Shown: piece by piece, positions 59,562 through 64,000 of the stretch
Numbering within the stretch: position 1 is the stretch's first letter
How the letters are laid out: every line of letters begins with the position of its first letter
NCBI GenBank assembly: GCA_965209055.1
Contig: OZ242374.1
Coordinates: forward strand, 2,528,001-2,592,000
Reading direction: 5' to 3'
Length of the DNA: 64,000 bases
Source of the DNA: Acidobacteriota bacterium
GTDB taxonomy: Bacteria; Acidobacteriota; UBA6911; RPQK01; JAJDTT01
Translations under genes and position numbers: made by a program
The notes under the pieces: model-generated
Databases searched by the model: none
Seen by the model: only the letters and a program-made list of their open reading frames with translations
Told to the model about the DNA's origin: nothing

Positions 59562-59757
59562 GCATTGCATTGTAAGACATAGCCCGAAACAACTCAACGC
59601 CGAACGCCACGGCACACTAGCCGTGCGCCCAATGGATAGGCTGTAACGTAGTTGTGAGGGTGGCGTCACAAGCGCCTCTCGACACGGACGCCCTGACCGG
59701 GATTTCGTTTGAGAGCGGATCGAACCTGGAGGAGTGAACCAGTCAGGAGAGTAAACC

Positions 59758-60870
59758 ATGAAAGTCAACAGAAGGAACTTCGTCCGAACGGCTGCGGCTG
59801 CGGGGGTAATTCATAAAGCGGGAATGGAGCGAACCGTGTCCGCCGGTTCTGAGACCCGGCGCATGCGGGTCACCGCCTTTCCGCGCGCCGTCGGGAGGGA
59901 CCCTTCGCCTCTGTCCAAGGCGGCCCTGCGCCACATGCGGCAGATGGGAATCCGGGATATCCGAATCGCCTCGAGGTGGCTGCCCGGCTACGTCCGGGAC
60001 GGTGAAATAGACTTGGACGAGTTGCTGCGGGTCAAGCGGCGCGCCGAGGGTGTGGGAATCAAGATCAACGCCGTCTATCTCCGCAAGGTGGACACCGCCA
60101 ACCTGCTCCTGGGCCGTCCCGGATGGAAGCAGGAACTGGAGAAGATCTCCCGGACCATCGAGAACATGGGGAAAGCGGGGATTCCGATTCTGGAACACAG
60201 CCTCCTGCTCTCCCGGGTCACCCGGGACGTCTTCAAGCTTCCGCTGCCCGGCTACCGGCACGTTCTTGAGGGCCGGGGCGGGTACCGGATGTACCGGTTC
60301 GACGGGACGGGAACCGAGGAGCACGGCCGGCCGGCCGGCTCCATCTCCTCCGACCAGTTGTGGGAGCGGATCACCCGCTTTCAGGAACACTGCATCCCGG
60401 TGGCGTCCGAAGCCCGGGTCCACGTCGCCTGCCATCCCGACGACCCGCCGTCGGCCCGCTACTGGGGAGTCTCCCAGGTCCTCAACAGCAAGGAGGGCCT
60501 GGACCGGCTCATCAACATCGTTCCCAGCAAGTACAACGGCATCCTCCTCTGCCTGGGGACGATGCAGGAGTCCGGAGCCGACGTCATCGACCTGATCCGC
60601 TATTTCGGGGGCCAGAAGAAGATCTTCGACATCGATTTCCGAGCCGTCCGCGGGACCGTGCCCAACTACGACGAGGTCTTCCTGGACGAAGGGGATCTGG
60701 ACATGTGGAAGGTGGTCCAGGTGCTCCGGGACGTGGGCTACGAGTGGACGCTGGAGCCGGATCACGTCCCCGGTTTCACGGCCGAAGAGAAGGGCGACCT
60801 GATCTCCTATGCCTGGGCCATCGCCTACATCAAGGCTCTGATTGCCGCCGCCTACGGCGAGAGGGTGTGA
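59758..60870 (+). CDS. mannonate dehydratase-like protein with twin-arginine signal
   Basis: NRRNFV; HPDDPP, LCLGT, FR.VRG, E.F.DEG, PDH.P. Confidence 0.85.
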   Translation: MKVNRRNFVRTAAAAGVIHKAGMERTVSAGSETRRMRVTAFPRAVGRDPSPLSKAALRHMRQMGIRDIRIASRWLPGYVRDGEIDLDELLRVKRRAEGVGIKINAVYLRKVDTANLLLGRPGWKQELEKISRTIENMGKAGIPILEHSLLLSRVTRDVFKLPLPGYRHVLEGRGGYRMYRFDGTGTEEHGRPAGSISSDQLWERITRFQEHCIPVASEARVHVACHPDDPPSARYWGVSQVLNSKEGLDRLINIVPSKYNGILLCLGTMQESGADVIDLIRYFGGQKKIFDIDFRAVRGTVPNYDEVFLDEGDLDMWKVVQVLRDVGYEWTLEPDHVPGFTAEEKGDLISYAWAIAYIKALIAAAYGERV

Positions 60871-60913
60871 GACCTGGATCTGTGTTTGGGTCTTCCGACC
60901 CGACGGCGGGAGG

Positions 60914-62011
60914 TCAATCCTTTTCCACGACCCAGATGTTTCGATAACGCACCGGGTTGCCGTGGTCCTGCAAATAGATGGGGCCCGGTTCGCCTTCCTT
61001 GAATTTGAGCCCGTCCGATTCAGGTGGCAGCCGCGGCAGGACGACCCGGTCGTGGATCAGAACTCCGTTGTGCCGCACCGTCATCGTCGCCGGGGAGACC
61101 TTCTTTCCTGCTGAGTCGAATCTGGCCAGGGTGAATTCGATGTCATAGGTCTGCCAGGAAAGCGGCGGAAACGACATGTTGATCCGGGGCCCCACCATTT
61201 CGTGGATGCCCCCCGCCCTTCCGAATTTGGACAGCCGCTCGAACTTGCGGTTTTCGTGGTGCCAGCCGAAGGAATCGACGATCTGCACCTCCCATTCCCG
61301 CTTGACGTAGACGCCGCTGTTGCCCCGCTTCATGCCCCGCGCCGTCGGCATGAAGGGACAGCGGAACTCCAGGTGGATCCGGACGCTTCCGAACTTCCGT
61401 GTGGAAGTGGTCCCCACGTCCAGCAGGCCGTTTTCGACGAGGCGGCCGTCTTTCCACTCCTGGGCGCCGGTCCCGTCGAACAGCACGATGGCTCCGGCGG
61501 GCGGCTCGGCGCCCAGCGTCGGGGATTTGCGAAGCACCTTCTTCAGACGGAATTCAACACGGTCCGCCCGGCCGTGAAAGGTGTGGGCCTCACCGGTGAA
61601 GACGCCGTCCCGGACAAAGCCCCGGAAGTTGGAACTGGCGAACTTGAGCCGTTCGCCGTGAATGCCGTGGAAAACGGTCCGGCCGTCCTCTTGCGTCTTG
61701 CCCCCGATGTGGGAGACGGTGCTCTCGTCCCACCCGGCTCCCGGAAGGCCCCCGGCAAAGACCACCCCCTGGAACTCGCGGTTTCCCAGGGCGAACACCT
61801 GAACGCCGACGCGAAAGTCGGAGCCCACGTTGCCGGCGTATTCTCCCTGAACCTGGAAGTCAGGTCCCGCCTCGGCCGGATCCGTGAACGAGGGGAGTTC
61901 CGACGCCAAGCCAGTCGAGGAATGATTCCCGAAGGTTGTCCAGCCGAACGCGAAAACCAATGCAAGCAGGAGGTGGCGCCGTGCCCGCAAAACCCGCGTT
62001 CCGGACGTCAC
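60914..62011 (-). CDS. DUF1080 (3-keto-disaccharide hydrolase-like) protein
   Basis: LFDG, GNSGVY..EVQI.DS, WQTYDI.F, LQDHGNPVRYRNIWV; GTGA coupling. Confidence 0.9.
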   Translation of the reverse strand: MTSGTRVLRARRHLLLALVFAFGWTTFGNHSSTGLASELPSFTDPAEAGPDFQVQGEYAGNVGSDFRVGVQVFALGNREFQGVVFAGGLPGAGWDESTVSHIGGKTQEDGRTVFHGIHGERLKFASSNFRGFVRDGVFTGEAHTFHGRADRVEFRLKKVLRKSPTLGAEPPAGAIVLFDGTGAQEWKDGRLVENGLLDVGTTSTRKFGSVRIHLEFRCPFMPTARGMKRGNSGVYVKREWEVQIVDSFGWHHENRKFERLSKFGRAGGIHEMVGPRINMSFPPLSWQTYDIEFTLARFDSAGKKVSPATMTVRHNGVLIHDRVVLPRLPPESDGLKFKEGEPGPIYLQDHGNPVRYRNIWVVEKD

Positions 62012-62442
62012 CGCATGGACTCCTTGGCCCGCTCGGCCAACTCCTCCGGAGTCAGATCCTCCTGGTGAGTGGCGATGCACCAAATGTTGCCGTCCGGGTC
62101 CAGGACGATGGCGTTGCGGTCTCCGTAGAACATGTCCGCCGGCTCCTGCCTGGACTTCGCCCCGGCCGCCAACGCCTGGGCGTAGGTGGCGTCGGTGTCG
62201 GGCACGTAGAGGTAGAGCATGCAGGGAAGCGCGGGGAACTGGTCCTGCGCCCGGCCCATCATCACGTACGAATCGCCGATGAGCGCCTCCGCGTGCCCCG
62301 TCTTCCCGTCCTGACCGGGGACACTCTCCGTCTCAGTAGCGCCGAAAGCCGCCTTGAGGAAATCGAGAAACTCGTCGACATCGGCGACGACCATGTACGG
62401 CGTCACCGTGTGGAAGCCATCGGGGATCGGATTCACGGCCAT
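62008..62442 (-). CDS. VOC/glyoxalase (PhnB-like) protein
   Basis: IP.GFHTVTPY, HAE..IGDS, FYGDR...DP.GN.W. Confidence 0.92.
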   Translation of the reverse strand: MAVNPIPDGFHTVTPYMVVADVDEFLDFLKAAFGATETESVPGQDGKTGHAEALIGDSYVMMGRAQDQFPALPCMLYLYVPDTDATYAQALAAGAKSRQEPADMFYGDRNAIVLDPDGNIWCIATHQEDLTPEELAERAKESMR

Positions 62443-62491
62443 GGAAGCGTCCTCCTGTTCACGGCAATTGTCGTTGGGCGCTGACAGGGCA

Positions 62492-62512
62492 TCGAGGTTA
62501 TCCAACCCTCGA
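62492..62512. repeat. REP-like hairpin, family B (degenerate)
   Basis: TCGAGGTTATCCAACCCTCGA. Confidence 0.4.
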
Positions 62513-62608
62513 CCTCCCAGCAAGGCTGCGTCCGGCGCCAGCGTCAACTGCGACAATTCACCAACTGAGTCCCGACCTCGCCGCATTCGTCATATACTCG
62601 GCGACTCT

Positions 62609-64000
62609 GTGAGATGTCCACGTTTGATTCTGCTGCTCCTCATCTGCGCCTTCTGGACGGCTGAATCGGCTGAATCCCAAAGTCAGGTTGCGGTGTTGGA
62701 GGGGACCGTCCGGAAACTCGGCGGCGGTCCTCTGGCGGAGGTCGAGATCCAGGCCCGCAGGATCGAGACCAACGAGCTCTTCGTCCGCGGATCCGACACT
62801 GCCGGCGTCTACGGTTGGGATGGGCTCCCGGTGGGAGACTACGAAGTCCTGGTTTCCAGGGACGGCTTTGATTCCCAGCGCAGAGTGGGTGTCCGACTCC
62901 AGGTCGGGCAACGAGTTCGGCTCGACTTCCGCCTCCGCCGCACGCAGCCGGGAGAGGACTCCAAGGTATCGGAGGATCTCTCCCAACTCACCGTCGAGCG
63001 GGACGATGTGGGGCAGCTCATCGACCGCAAGCAACTGCGCAACATGCCCTCCAAGGAACGCAATTTCAGGGATCTGGTCTCGCTGGCTCCGGGGGCGGTC
63101 TCCCAGGGGACGCGTCGCATTCAGGTCCTGGGGATGAGCTGGCGGGACAACCTGACCTATTTCGACGGGACCCTGATCACCGGTGGTAACGGATCCAGCA
63201 GCCTGACTCCCTCGTCGGAAGCGATCCGGGAATTCGACGTCAAGACCGGCCTCTATTCGGCGCAATACGGCATTCGCTCCGGCGGCCAGGTGTTGCTGGT
63301 GACCCGGCACGGCGGCAACCGCTACCATGGCGGCCTCTTCTGGTTTCACCGCAACGACAATCTGGATGCGAGAAACTACTTCGAGCAGCGGAAGGCGGAA
63401 TTCAAACGGAACCAGATGGGGGGCACTCTGGGAGGTCCCTTGATCCTGCCCGGTCTGAACCGGGACCGGGACCGCGCCTGGTTCTTTCTCTCCTATTTGC
63501 ACTACACCATCCGGGAGACCCTTCCCTTGACGGCCGTGGTGCCCACGCCGGAAGAGCGTGAAGGGAGGTTCTCCGGCTCCATCCTGGATCCGTTGAACGG
63601 GAAACCGTTCCCCGGGAATCGGATACCGGCCCATCGAATCGACCCGGTGGCCCGCCAACTGCTCAGTTTCTATCCCCTTCCCAACACGGTGGGCCCCCTC
63701 AACTTCACGAGTCCCGACTCCAGGCGGCCGCACGACAATCGCCAACTCATCGCCCGCGTCGACCTGCGGACTTCCTCGTCCAGCAGTTGGGCATTCCGTT
63801 TCTCCGGTGATCGGCGGCCCTACTTCCGGGCCGGGGTTTTCAGCGTGTTCTCAACCCGGATGCCCCTCGAGACCTACAGCCAAGCCATCACCAGCACCCG
63901 GAGGCTCTCCGCAGGTTCGGTCAACTATTTCGGCCTGCACTGGTACCGGCGACCCTACACGGCTGCGGTGGCCCGGCCCAAGACCGGTGCCGTGCGGCGG
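62609..64000 (+). CDS. TonB-dependent receptor (Oar-like) with N-terminal carboxypeptidase-regulatory-like domain; truncated by window edge
   Basis: Hand translation: signal peptide, LEGTV, GDYEVLVSRDGF, RNFRDLVSLAPG, EFDVKTG.YSAQYG, ARNYF, RNQMGGTLGGP. Confidence 0.9.
   Translation, partial: MRCPRLILLLLICAFWTAESAESQSQVAVLEGTVRKLGGGPLAEVEIQARRIETNELFVRGSDTAGVYGWDGLPVGDYEVLVSRDGFDSQRRVGVRLQVGQRVRLDFRLRRTQPGEDSKVSEDLSQLTVERDDVGQLIDRKQLRNMPSKERNFRDLVSLAPGAVSQGTRRIQVLGMSWRDNLTYFDGTLITGGNGSSSLTPSSEAIREFDVKTGLYSAQYGIRSGGQVLLVTRHGGNRYHGGLFWFHRNDNLDARNYFEQRKAEFKRNQMGGTLGGPLILPGLNRDRDRAWFFLSYLHYTIRETLPLTAVVPTPEEREGRFSGSILDPLNGKPFPGNRIPAHRIDPVARQLLSFYPLPNTVGPLNFTSPDSRRPHDNRQLIARVDLRTSSSSSWAFRFSGDRRPYFRAGVFSVFSTRMPLETYSQAITSTRRLSAGSVNYFGLHWYRRPYTAAVARPKTGAVRR

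Noticed and set aside
59649-59672. CRP/FNR-like site TGTGA..TCACA upstream of the uxuA-like gene
   Set aside because: Spacer is 8 nt rather than the canonical 6; may be only a small hairpin

Overview
High-GC bacterial chromosomal window with about 57 protein-coding genes. I found no rRNA, intact tRNA, CRISPR array, transposase or integrase. Gene content (GWxTD-domain protein, Oar-type TonB-dependent receptor, DUF1080, DUF3179, Tat-signal sugar enzyme) suggests Acidobacteriota; this is an inference. The backbone carries housekeeping genes (lpdA, acnA, queG, msbA-like, fabI, sfsA, mdh, AlaX) and several translationally coupled envelope/secreted-protein operons. Small islets with visibly different base/codon usage interrupt it: carbonic anhydrase, STAS/AraC, exonuclease-AAA-antitoxin, FAD oxidoreductase-MMPL, mazEF-like-metallophosphoesterase, Fic and vapBC. 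Best leads: (1) an unannotated, densely base-paired 170-220 nt candidate ncRNA at 12805-13022 with cUUCGg and gGAAAc loops and mutually exclusive stems; (2) a perfect 32-bp direct repeat of 11-bp-phased GAAATGA units that forms a chain of start/stop mini-ORFs ending in the Fic start codon; (3) a lipoprotein + CTG-initiated L,D-transpeptidase + probably inactive paralogue operon; (4) a TMTC-like GT-C / GWxTD / Thr-type sulfatase-fold-TPR cluster. All family calls come from motif recognition by eye, not from database searches.
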